In this document: positions 51,227 to 60,412 of the stretch, piece by piece
How the letters are laid out: each line of letters opens with the position of its first letter
How positions within the stretch are numbered: position 1 is the stretch's first letter
Origin: Myxococcota bacterium
Lineage (GTDB): Bacteria; Myxococcota_A; Polyangia; Nannocystales; Nannocystaceae
Assembly: GCA_039028615.1 (NCBI GenBank)
Contig: JBCCHT010000015.1
Coordinates: 64,001 to 128,000 of the forward strand
Reading direction: 5' to 3'
Length of the DNA stretch: 64,000 bases
Position numbers and translations under genes: made by a program
The notes under the pieces: generated by a model
What the model was told of the DNA's origin: nothing
Databases searched by the model: none
What the model saw: only the letters and a program-made list of their open reading frames with translations

Positions 51227-52201
51227 ATGAGCAACGTCGACGACCCCTTCGTGCACGAGCGCGGCTTCCTGACCCTGGGGGGCAGTGAGACCTACCTGTT
51301 GTTTCTCCAGGGCTTCGCGCTGCAGGACTTCTGTGCCTTCGAGTTGTTCGACGATGCACAGGCCTTCGCCGACTTCGAGCAGGGGTTCCTGCGGCCCACG
51401 GCGGACGCGGCCCTCGAGCACGGGATGGGCTTGGTGCTCGACTGCCTGGTGTGGCGCGCGAGTCCGGACTGGGTCGTGCGCCGCGGTCATGCGCTCGCGG
51501 AGCTGGGTGCGATCAACACCAACGCCGTGGCGCGCATGCGTGACTTCGCCGAGCGATGGCGATCCGATCGGGGCGAAGCCGCCGCCGACCTGCCGATACG
51601 ACTCATCGGCGAGATCGGTCCGCGGGGCGACGGGTATGCCCTCGATCCGGGGGCGCGCCTCGATGTCGAGCAGGCGGCGGCGTATCACCGCCCGCAGATC
51701 GAAGCGCTGGCGTCGGCGGGAGTGCATGCCATCGGGGCGCTGACCATGACCAGCGTGGAAGAGGCGGTGGGTATCGTCCGAACGGCGGCCGAGCTCGGCA
51801 TGCCCGTATTCGCGTCGCCGACCGTGGAGACCGACGGCACGCTGCCCGACGGATCGACGCTCGGCGAGTTCATCGAGCGTGTGGACGAGGCCACCGATGC
51901 GGCGCCGTTGATGTACCAGGTCAACTGCGCGCACCCGACCCACTTGGCGCCGACGCTCCACGCTGCCAGCGGCGTTCGACCGCGGTGGCTGTCGCGGATT
52001 CAGGCATTTCGTGCGAACGCGTCGAGGCTCAGTCACGCGGAACTCGACGAGTCGGAGACGCTCGATGCGGGCGATGCCGTGGACCTGGCCGCCCGGGTGG
52101 CCAAGATGCGCGAGGACTTCGATCTACGGATCGTCGGCGGATGTTGCGGCACGGATGCGACGCACATGGCCGCCATCGCCTCGGCGTGCCACGGGGGCTG
52201 A
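51227..52201 (+). CDS. Homocysteine S-methyltransferase family protein
   Basis: IGPRGDGY, VNCAHP and GGCCGT zinc ligands; start trimmed from the long ORF. Confidence 0.9.
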   Translation: MSNVDDPFVHERGFLTLGGSETYLLFLQGFALQDFCAFELFDDAQAFADFEQGFLRPTADAALEHGMGLVLDCLVWRASPDWVVRRGHALAELGAINTNAVARMRDFAERWRSDRGEAAADLPIRLIGEIGPRGDGYALDPGARLDVEQAAAYHRPQIEALASAGVHAIGALTMTSVEEAVGIVRTAAELGMPVFASPTVETDGTLPDGSTLGEFIERVDEATDAAPLMYQVNCAHPTHLAPTLHAASGVRPRWLSRIQAFRANASRLSHAELDESETLDAGDAVDLAARVAKMREDFDLRIVGGCCGTDATHMAAIASACHGG

Positions 52202-52219
52202 GCACGCACGGGTCGAGCC

Positions 52220-52657
52220 TCAGCGGAGCGCGTCCCGGACCTGCATGAGGATGCGCCCCAGCATGTTCTTGCCGTGCCCGTCGCCGCCGTCGCCCCAGTA
52301 GTCGTCGTTGGCGGTGTGCTCCACGAGCTTGGCCTCGCCCGTGCTCAGCAGAAGCGCCCGCAGGTCGGCGTGCTGGCGGAACTTGGCCTCCACCGCCGTT
52401 CGCATCACGGAGACCTTCACCGACTCCCAGTCGCGTCGGAGTTTTCGCTTGCGGTCGCGCCCGCGCCGAGCCGCCTCCATCGGGGTCTTGGCCTTGCGGA
52501 CGTCGGCGCGGTCGCGCTCCGACTCGAATTTCTGCGCCTGGAAGTAGTGCTCCGAGGTTGGCCAGGTCTTCTTGCCCACCTTGATGGGAAACTGCGCGAA
52601 GTTGGACAGCTCGCCGTAGTCGTCGGCGACGCTGTAGAAGCGGATGACCTCGGTCAT
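52220..52657 (-). CDS. ybiA: NADAR family N-glycosidase (YbiA-like)
   Basis: LSNF, WPTSEHYFQAQKF, DWESVK..VM, KFRQH, LLLSTG, DDYWG, GKNMLGRILM. Confidence 0.95.
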   Translation of the reverse strand: MTEVIRFYSVADDYGELSNFAQFPIKVGKKTWPTSEHYFQAQKFESERDRADVRKAKTPMEAARRGRDRKRKLRRDWESVKVSVMRTAVEAKFRQHADLRALLLSTGEAKLVEHTANDDYWGDGGDGHGKNMLGRILMQVRDALR

Positions 52658-54636
52658 GCGGTCGTCCCCGAGGGCAGCAGCAGGTCGCTGCGGCTGATGG
52701 TGTAGGTCAGGCGCGGGTAGACGAAGTCCACCTCCCGGTTCTCGCGACCCCGCAGCCGATGGAATTCGCGGCGCTCGTCCTCGGTGGCCAGGGTCAGCGG
52801 CTCACCCGAGTCGAATGCCATGCCGTCGTCGTGCGGGCGCACGAACGTCGCCGACGTGCGGAAGGTGAGACCCAGCCATTGGTTGTCGGGCGGGTTGTGG
52901 GACCGGTCGAGCACGATCTTGTGCTTGAACCTCCGGTTGGTGTCGAGGGAGAACACCACCACGTGGTTGTGGAGCAGCGGCACCTGGAAGGTCTCGCCAT
53001 CCTCGGGATCTTTGGAGGTGATGACCAAGGCGCGTGGCGGAGTCGCCTGCGCCGGGTCTCGGTAGCAGGAGAACACCGCGATCGACGAGCCCGGAGCGAG
53101 GTCCTGGGCCTGGTCGGAGTGCATGCCCATCTTGGCGTAGGCGTTGCCGTAGAGCTCGAACAGGGCGTTGTTCAGGCGCGAGCGCAGCGACGCGAAGTCC
53201 TCGATCTGGCGGGCGAGACGGGCGTGTGCGGGCGAGAAACACTGCGCCGCGATGCCGTACTTGGTGGTGGTGCGCACGATGGGCACGCTGCGGTGGTCGG
53301 GCTCGACGAGGACTGCACCTTGCCGACCCTTGGTCACGTCCTCGAGGCGAACCGAGGCGAGCAGGGCATCGAAGGGGTTGCCGTCCAGCGGGAGCTCGTA
53401 GCGCCGAAACTCGTCCCTCGCGTGATATCGAGGCTGCACGTAGTCGCCCTTGTTCATGCTGAAGGGAAATCGCTGGCCGTAGTCCACGACGGCGTCGGTG
53501 CGGTTTTCCTCGGCGTAGACCGTGCGCAGAGCCGCCATCCCTTCGGTGGTCGGGGGCGCCAGCTCGATGCGAACCTCGCCGTCGTCGATGAACGTCGTGC
53601 CGGCTTCGTGCACTGCGAAGCGGTTCGAACAGCGGACGACGTAGCCCAGGCGCGTGGGGAGCATCGCGGCATCGAGCTGCGAGGGCCGGACCTCGTGGGT
53701 GTACAGCCGGTTGGTGGACAGCGGCATGAGGAACACCGAGCCGGGATACAAGGTGACGGAAAACTGCGGCGGCAGGGTGCAGCCGGACTGCTGCGCCACC
53801 GTGGCCTTGAGTCGAAACTGGAGCCGGGTCAGCCCGCTGGTGCGCTTGCGCCCGTAGTCGAAGGGGTCGGCCGCCAGGGGCTCGAGGTGGTCGAGGCCGT
53901 CGTAGAACGTGCAAAACGCCATGATCGCGTCTGGGGGCATGTCCTTGGTCTTGTCCGCGTGTCCCTTGATCTTCGCCTTGGTCTGCTTGGTCGTCTCCGT
54001 GGCGGGGGTGTTGCAGTAGATCTGCGCCAGCACGTGATTGAGGGGCGCCGCCTCGGCGAACACCCGGGCGGCCTCCTGGTTGAGGGCGTCGACGATGTGT
54101 CGGTCGTGAGCACGGAAGTTCTCCGTCGGCCCGGAGAAGTTGCTGGAGCAGCGGAGCAGCCGAAAATGGAGCGCATCGCCGCGGGGCTTCACCGGAGTCA
54201 GGTAGATGCCCGTGCGGTGAGCCTTGCCCGGCTTGGTGGACTCGGTCAGCGACTGAAACTCGTGCTCCTGTTGGATGCGTCGAAAGTAGTTGCGGCGGGG
54301 ATCGAAGAAGCGGCGATAGAGCACGCCCATCCCGTGCACGCGTATGGGTACGCGGCCAGGGTCGATCGTCGGCCAAGGGAGGCCAGACTCACCGTCGTGG
54401 TGCGCGGGGTCTTCGATGATCGAAACGCGATCGGCCACGGCGAGGTCTCGTTCGAGCCCGCGAGCCAACGCCGAGTCACCGCACAGGTACACCGTCTTGC
54501 CGGAGACGTCGGGGCACGGCATGCCGGCGTCGAGGGGGACCACGGTGCCGCAGAAGTCCTGAGCCAGCAGAGAGTCGCGAACCTCACCCAGTACGAGCAG
54601 GATGTTCGTCGATTCGTCGATGCGGGCCTCGGTCAT
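52654..54636 (-). CDS. Tandem AlkB-like 2OG-Fe(II) dioxygenase (two domains)
   Basis: Domain 1 NHVLAQIY...HADK...YTHEV...RLGYVVR; domain 2 NNALFELY...HSDQ...FKHKI...WLGLTFR; stop overlaps the NADAR start (ATGA). Confidence 0.75.
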   Translation of the reverse strand: MTEARIDESTNILLVLGEVRDSLLAQDFCGTVVPLDAGMPCPDVSGKTVYLCGDSALARGLERDLAVADRVSIIEDPAHHDGESGLPWPTIDPGRVPIRVHGMGVLYRRFFDPRRNYFRRIQQEHEFQSLTESTKPGKAHRTGIYLTPVKPRGDALHFRLLRCSSNFSGPTENFRAHDRHIVDALNQEAARVFAEAAPLNHVLAQIYCNTPATETTKQTKAKIKGHADKTKDMPPDAIMAFCTFYDGLDHLEPLAADPFDYGRKRTSGLTRLQFRLKATVAQQSGCTLPPQFSVTLYPGSVFLMPLSTNRLYTHEVRPSQLDAAMLPTRLGYVVRCSNRFAVHEAGTTFIDDGEVRIELAPPTTEGMAALRTVYAEENRTDAVVDYGQRFPFSMNKGDYVQPRYHARDEFRRYELPLDGNPFDALLASVRLEDVTKGRQGAVLVEPDHRSVPIVRTTTKYGIAAQCFSPAHARLARQIEDFASLRSRLNNALFELYGNAYAKMGMHSDQAQDLAPGSSIAVFSCYRDPAQATPPRALVITSKDPEDGETFQVPLLHNHVVVFSLDTNRRFKHKIVLDRSHNPPDNQWLGLTFRTSATFVRPHDDGMAFDSGEPLTLATEDERREFHRLRGRENREVDFVYPRLTYTISRSDLLLPSGTTA

Positions 54637-54917
54637 GATTGTGGTTCCTCGAACGAGCAGTATACGCGAGGGGAGGAAGTGACTGTTCCTCCCCAAACGA
54701 GGCCTGAGGGGGCCATGGCTGCCTTCATGGGTGGGCGTTGATGCTTTGCGTTGGTTTTACAATTGGGTCGATCGGCGCGGTCTTTGGCGGTTTGGGTGCT
54801 CCGCCTGCGAGGCTGGATGCCGAATTTTCATCCGTGTGCTCGTCGACGACGACTCGAAGCAGTGACACCACGCCCGATCGCGAGCTGCTTCGCGATCGCG
54901 GATGGTACCCATGAACG

Positions 54918-55472
54918 ATGGGTAAGCATGACATCGGCCGCGGGGTGTTCCTTCGGCAGCTAGCGGGGTTCGCATCACTGGCATCGGTCGCACCGACCGT
55001 GATCGGCTGTGGCGACGACGAGGGATCCGACACCACGGACGGTGGGGGGACGGGAACGACGACGACGACCGAGCCCGGCAGCAGCGGCAACGGAGGCGGC
55101 GGCGAGAGCGGCACGACGGCGGGGGCGGGTGGCTCGAGCAGCGGCGGAGCGCCCGGCACGACCACGGGTGAGGACGGGTCCACGGGCTCGGCCGAGGACA
55201 CGACGGCGGGGAGCGACGAAGGGGCCCAGGCCTGTCCGAACGAGGTCGTCGCCAGCATCGTCAGCGACCCGGAGCACTCGCTGGTGATCCCGCCCGCCGA
55301 CATCGAAGCCGGGGTGGAGCAGAGCTACGACATCCAGGGGATCGCCGGTCACCCCCACACCGTGGTCGTGACCGCCGCCCACTTCGAGCAGCTTCGCGCG
55401 GGCAAGTCGGTGACGCTGACCTCGAGCGTCGATGCCAACCACGATCACGACGACGTCGTGCTCATGTGCTGA
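54918..55472 (+). CDS. His-motif lipoprotein, putative metal-binding
   Basis: VIGC lipobox; G/T/S linker; C-domain HSL...GHPH...HDH and terminal Cys. Confidence 0.7.
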   Translation: MGKHDIGRGVFLRQLAGFASLASVAPTVIGCGDDEGSDTTDGGGTGTTTTTEPGSSGNGGGGESGTTAGAGGSSSGGAPGTTTGEDGSTGSAEDTTAGSDEGAQACPNEVVASIVSDPEHSLVIPPADIEAGVEQSYDIQGIAGHPHTVVVTAAHFEQLRAGKSVTLTSSVDANHDHDDVVLMC

Positions 55473-55584
55473 AGCCCCGTAACGGCCATCCAAGGCGCTC
55501 TACGACGCCATGGGAGGGCTCGATCCCGCCTCGGCTTCGTGGGTATCATTGCGTCGTGCAGGTCCATCGCACCGGGAAGCGCCC

Positions 55585-57186
55585 GTGACGAGCACCGATG
55601 AGGCGCTCCCGACGGGTGACTCCACCACGATGAGCCCGCCCAACGAGGGCCACGTACCGCCCGCGAGGACGATGCTCGTGCTCACCGTGCTCGCGCACCC
55701 GAGCGCCGAGCGGGTGGGAGACTGGACGCGAGCCACCGCGGAGCTGTCGAGGTCCACCCCCGACTTCGAATCTCCGACGGGTGCCGCTCCGCGACCGCTG
55801 GGGGATCGCTACCTGAGCCGCAAGCCGGTCGCCATCGTCCGCGATGCTCACGGTGGCGTCTCGATCAGCCCCGGCGAGGGCAAGGCGTGGGTGGAGGTGA
55901 ACGCCGAGCGCATCACCCAGCGCACCCGCTTCGGCGTCGAGCAGCTGCGACGGGGAGTGGTACTGTGCCTGCGCGGGCGGGTGACGCTGCTGCTGCACTA
56001 TGTGGCGCCGCGTCAGGCGGGCGAGGGTATCGACGACCTCGGGCTCGTCGGTACGAGTGCCGAGATGACGGCCGTACGGGAGCAGATCACGGCGGCATCC
56101 CTCGTCGACTCGCCCGTACTCGTCACCGGAGAGTCGGGCGCGGGCAAGCAACTGGTCGCACGGGCGATCCACCGGGCGGGGCCGCGGTCGGACAAGCACT
56201 ACGCCACCATCAACATGGCGACGCTGTCTGCGACCCATGCCGCCTCGGAGCTGTTCGGCCACACATCGGGAGCCTTCGAGGGAGCCGAACGGGCGCACGA
56301 CGGTGGTTTCGTTCGGGCCGACGGCGGGACGCTGCTGGTGGACGAGGTCTCACAGACCCCGCTGGAGACCCAGGCGCAGCTCCTTCGCGCGCTCGAGACG
56401 GGCGCCGTTCGGCCCCTGGGGGCGCCCGGAGATCGTCGGGTGGATGTCCGGGTGATCGTGTCCACCGATGTCGACCTCGAGCAGAGGGTCGACGATGGCT
56501 CGTTTCGCCGGGCGTTGCTGCATCGGGTGGCGGGGTTTCAGATTCGCGTGCCCGCGCTCCGACAGCGGCGGGACGACATCGGCTCGCTGGTGCTCCACTT
56601 TGCGCGCACGGAGCTGACCAAGCTGGGCCTGACCCGCTACATCGACGAGCCTGATCCCGAGCGCGCGTGGCTGTCGGCTACCGTCGTCGCTCGCCTGGCC
56701 ATGCACGACTGGCCGGGGAACGTGCGAGAGCTGGGCAATGTGGTGCGCCAGCTGGTGGTGAGCGGTCGCGACCAGCCGACGATCCGGGGCGGCGAGGAAC
56801 TCGATGCCCTGCTCGGGGCGTCCACGGCCGCACCGAGCCGCGGGGAGCCCTCGGGCGAGCCCATCGACGTCGGTGGGTATGCCCAGGGGAGCCGGGGAGG
56901 GATTCGCCATCCCACCGAGGTCAGCGAGGACGAACTCGTGGCTGCGATGCGGGCGAACCAGTGGCGCCTGGCCCCGACCGCGCGGGCGCTGAACCTGTCG
57001 CGGACCTCGCTGTATCGGCTCATCGAGCAGTCGAATCGGATCCGCCGGGCGACGACCATCACCGCCGACGAGGCCACCGCGGTGCTGGAGGCCTCGGGGG
57101 GCAACGTGGTCGCGGCGGCCGAGAAGCTCGAGGTCTCCACGCGGGCGCTGACCTTGCGGCTGCGCTCGCTCGACCTACTTCCGTGA
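55585..57186 (+). CDS. Sigma-54 enhancer-binding-type AAA+ regulator with FHA-like N-terminus and tandem HTH
   Basis: GESGAGK, SELFGH.SGAFEGA, LLVDEV, WPGNVREL; two Fis-like HTH segments; start uncertain. Confidence 0.9.
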   Translation: MTSTDEALPTGDSTTMSPPNEGHVPPARTMLVLTVLAHPSAERVGDWTRATAELSRSTPDFESPTGAAPRPLGDRYLSRKPVAIVRDAHGGVSISPGEGKAWVEVNAERITQRTRFGVEQLRRGVVLCLRGRVTLLLHYVAPRQAGEGIDDLGLVGTSAEMTAVREQITAASLVDSPVLVTGESGAGKQLVARAIHRAGPRSDKHYATINMATLSATHAASELFGHTSGAFEGAERAHDGGFVRADGGTLLVDEVSQTPLETQAQLLRALETGAVRPLGAPGDRRVDVRVIVSTDVDLEQRVDDGSFRRALLHRVAGFQIRVPALRQRRDDIGSLVLHFARTELTKLGLTRYIDEPDPERAWLSATVVARLAMHDWPGNVRELGNVVRQLVVSGRDQPTIRGGEELDALLGASTAAPSRGEPSGEPIDVGGYAQGSRGGIRHPTEVSEDELVAAMRANQWRLAPTARALNLSRTSLYRLIEQSNRIRRATTITADEATAVLEASGGNVVAAAEKLEVSTRALTLRLRSLDLLP

Positions 57187-60168
57187 TTTCTCCCAGTCGT
57201 CGAGCTGGCGGAGGAACTCCTCCATGTTCTCTTTCTCGAATCCGGTGCGGGCTTCGTCGGCGAGGCTCTGCGCACGCGCCCGGTCACCGCCGCTGCCCCA
57301 CAACGCCTTGGCCAGGATGAAGCATGCGAGGCCGAGCCCGCCCGGCGATGCCTTGCCCCCGCGGCGAAGGGCGACCGCACGCTCGGCGAGCGGCAACGCC
57401 TCGGCGAAGTGCTCTTGCACGATGGCCGCTTCGGCTGCGCCCACCAGGGGGTAGGCGAGGCTGGGGTGGTCGGGGCCCAGCGCGGCCTCTCGAATCTTCA
57501 GCTCGCGTTCGTGCAGGGCTTGGGCCCCGGCGTAGTCTTCGAGGTGGTAGCGCACCATGGCCAGGCTGCCCATGGTGGCGCCCACGGCCACATGCTTTGC
57601 CCCGAGCTTCTTCTTGCGGATCTCGAGCGCACGCTCGAGTGAGGCCTGGGCTTTGGGGAGATCGGGCAGCTCGCTGTACACGATGCCGAGGTTGTGGAGC
57701 GAAGCGGCCAGGTCGGGATGTTCGGGGCCCAGGACTTCTTCTTGGGTGCGGATCGCCCGGTTCAGCAGGTCGCGCGCGCCCTCCATGTCGCCCGTGCGGA
57801 TGTGGACGCCCGCGAGGTTGATCAGGTTGCCCGCGACCTTGGGGTGCCGTGAGCCCAGGGCCTCTTCGAGAATGGGAATGGCCCGCTCGAGCAATGCCCG
57901 GCTCTCCTCGTATTCCCCGAGGTCGGTGAGCACCATCGCCATGTCCCCCATGGTGATTGCGAACTCGGGATCGTTGGCGCCGAGCTCCTTCTCGCGCATC
58001 ACCAGCGCGCGTTCGAAGAGCGCCCGTGCCTCCTGTAGATCGCCCGCCGCCCAACGCACGCTGCCGCGGTTGCGCAGACCATCGATTCGGCGCGGGCCTC
58101 CGAGGTCAGGCATCATCGCCCGCACCGCCTCGGCATGCTGGGACCAACGCTCGGCGTCGGCATGACGGCGCTGACGAATGCCGACGGTGATGACGAGGAT
58201 CTCCGCCGTGTCTGCGGCCAGCTCGAGCGCGCCGACCTTGACCGCCTCGAAGTAGGTCTGCTCCAGCGCGATCTCGGCTTCGGCGTAGTCGCCGTTGGCG
58301 TTGATCAGGCCCCCGACCACCGCCCGGCTCTGCGCGACGAGGGGGGTCCACCCGATGGACTCCGCGCTGGCCAATGCCGGTTTGGCGACCTCGAGCCCGT
58401 CTTGGTAGGCGCCGACGCGGCGCAGCGCGCTCGCATGGGCGAGCTGGCGGCGAACCTCTTCGATCTGGGACGTCTTGCCGGAAGGAGGCGGAGGCAGCCG
58501 GCCGAGTCGATCGGCGTCTCCGCACTTGTGCGGCGAGGGCAATCCCGAGGCGGCACTCACCGCTCGCTGCACTGCGCCCGCGTCGCCCCGGCCGAGGGCA
58601 GTCGCCAGCGCATCGAGGCCCATGCGCTGCTCGTCGAGGCACGAGACGGCAAGAGCGTAGGTCTCCGAGTCCAAGGTCTCGTCGACGTTGGCGCTGCGGC
58701 ACACGCCCGTGCGGACCTGCGCCCAGTTGTCGGCGTAGGTGTCCAGCCACGGCAGCGCCTTGTCGGCGGCTTCTTCGGCGTTGGCCTGCCCGCCCTCCAG
58801 AAAACTGTCTCGCAGCGTCGCGGAGCGCTGGGAGTCCCAGACCTCTTCGATGCTCGCGCCGTCGCTGTCGCAGGCCGCGGCGGTGCGGGTGCGATCGAGC
58901 CACTGGACGCCGAGCACGGCTGCTCCGGCGATGGCGACGAACCCGACGGCGACCAGCGTCTTCATGCGTCGCGCTCGCGACGAGCCGCGGCGCAGCAGGC
59001 CGAGCAGCGACTCCATGTCCGCGTAGCGCTGCGCGGGATCGAGTGCCAGCCCCCGTTCGCAGGCGCGGCGAAGCCACGGCGCGACCCGGGCATTGGACGG
59101 TGGCTCGACGATCGATCCCTCCATGGTCGCGAGCAGGCGGCTGGCGGGCGTATCCCCGCCGAAGGGGCGGGTGCCGTAGAGCCCTTGCCACAGGGTCACG
59201 CAGAAGCTGAAGACGTCGGTGCGGGCATCGATGGAGCCGCCCTTGAGCTGCTCCGGCGCCATATAGCCCGGGGTCCCCAGGATCGCCCCGTCGCGGGTCA
59301 GCGCCGCGAAGGTGTCCACGGAGGGATCGCCGACGTCGATGCGCGTCTCGGTATCCTGGGAGTGCGGCTCACGAGCGAGGCCGAAGTCGACCACGCGCAC
59401 TCGGCCTTCATCGTCGACCATCACGTTGTCGGGCTTGAAATCGCGATGGACGATGCCTTTGTCGTGTGCGGCCGCGAGCCCTTCGCCCGCGTCGATGAGC
59501 ACGTGCAGCACTTCGCTGGTGGTGCGCTCTCGCTGTTCCAGCCACGCGCGCAGCGTCTGCCCCTCGACGAACTCCATCGCCAGGTACACCGCGTCACCGA
59601 ACAGGCCCACGTCGTACACACCCACCACGTTGGGATGGGAGAGCCGGGCGAGGGCCTGGGCTTCACGGAGCAGCCGCGATCGGTGCACGCCGCCGGGCTC
59701 GTCCTTGCCATCGCGCAGGAGCTTGAGGGCCACCCGGCGATTGAGCTCCGGATCGTAGGCGCGGTAGACGACGCCCATGCCCCCCGCGCCGATGCGGTCG
59801 ACGGTGACGTAGCGCCCGACGTGGGCGCCCGGGGGGAGCTGATCGGTGGTGTCCTGCTCGGCGCTTCGCTCCACGACGATCTCGGTGGGGAGCTCGCCCG
59901 TCTCCTCGTCGTCTGGTTCGTCGCCGGTCACCGGTGGGGTCTGGGCCCGATTCTCGCTTCGAATCGCGCCCCGGATGCCGTCACCCGCCGAACTCTCCAG
60001 CGTGTCGCCTTTGGAGGCCCATTGCAGGGGAGCGCCGCCGGCCGGTGACGGGGGCGCCCCGCTCGAGCCGGGGCCACGCAGTCGCTCGACGAGCCCGAGC
60101 AGCCGCTCCACGACGGAGCGATGCCGATGGGGTTGTTCGGGTTGGCGATTCGTCGGGGGCTCGACCAT
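57175..60168 (-). CDS. Ser/Thr protein kinase with TM segment and TPR repeats
   Basis: IGAGGMGVV, VALK, HRDFKPDN, DFGLA, GTPGYMAPE; TM segment; 42-aa LGPEHP-type repeats. Confidence 0.95.
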   Translation of the reverse strand: MVEPPTNRQPEQPHRHRSVVERLLGLVERLRGPGSSGAPPSPAGGAPLQWASKGDTLESSAGDGIRGAIRSENRAQTPPVTGDEPDDEETGELPTEIVVERSAEQDTTDQLPPGAHVGRYVTVDRIGAGGMGVVYRAYDPELNRRVALKLLRDGKDEPGGVHRSRLLREAQALARLSHPNVVGVYDVGLFGDAVYLAMEFVEGQTLRAWLEQRERTTSEVLHVLIDAGEGLAAAHDKGIVHRDFKPDNVMVDDEGRVRVVDFGLAREPHSQDTETRIDVGDPSVDTFAALTRDGAILGTPGYMAPEQLKGGSIDARTDVFSFCVTLWQGLYGTRPFGGDTPASRLLATMEGSIVEPPSNARVAPWLRRACERGLALDPAQRYADMESLLGLLRRGSSRARRMKTLVAVGFVAIAGAAVLGVQWLDRTRTAAACDSDGASIEEVWDSQRSATLRDSFLEGGQANAEEAADKALPWLDTYADNWAQVRTGVCRSANVDETLDSETYALAVSCLDEQRMGLDALATALGRGDAGAVQRAVSAASGLPSPHKCGDADRLGRLPPPPSGKTSQIEEVRRQLAHASALRRVGAYQDGLEVAKPALASAESIGWTPLVAQSRAVVGGLINANGDYAEAEIALEQTYFEAVKVGALELAADTAEILVITVGIRQRRHADAERWSQHAEAVRAMMPDLGGPRRIDGLRNRGSVRWAAGDLQEARALFERALVMREKELGANDPEFAITMGDMAMVLTDLGEYEESRALLERAIPILEEALGSRHPKVAGNLINLAGVHIRTGDMEGARDLLNRAIRTQEEVLGPEHPDLAASLHNLGIVYSELPDLPKAQASLERALEIRKKKLGAKHVAVGATMGSLAMVRYHLEDYAGAQALHERELKIREAALGPDHPSLAYPLVGAAEAAIVQEHFAEALPLAERAVALRRGGKASPGGLGLACFILAKALWGSGGDRARAQSLADEARTGFEKENMEEFLRQLDDWEKSRK

Positions 60169-60274
60169 GGCGACCTAATCGACTCTACGAGAAGGTAATG
60201 CATTGCGGTCGCGCGTCGACCTACGACGGGGACATTTTCGACGAGCCGTCGCCCTTTTGGATGCTCGGCTCGGT

Positions 60275-60313
60275 GTCCCGAACCGTCCGAACCGTCCGGA
60301 CTGTCCACACGGT
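60275..60313. repeat. Short 9-bp tandem array in a divergent promoter region
   Basis: CCGAACCGT CCGAACCGT CCGGACTGT CCACACGGT at 60278-60313, preceded by GTC. Confidence 0.7.
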
Positions 60314-60412
60314 CGGATCGGACGATAAGGACGGTTTGCGTCACGTCGCGACGGCCGACAACGGCCGTTGTTGGCCGTGCGAACGAGCTTTCGCTGGCTA
60401 GTCTTCAGCTCG

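Noticed and set aside
51227..54636. Homocysteine methyltransferase as part of the AlkB-NADAR system
   Set aside because: It is convergent and separately transcribed; a methyl-damage link is conceivable but unsupported by the sequence.
52759..54741. 660-aa plus-strand ORF (likewise 657-2471, 18121-19578, 35958-37787, 46886-48406, 58135-60048)
   Set aside because: Each mirrors a motif-bearing gene on the opposite strand.
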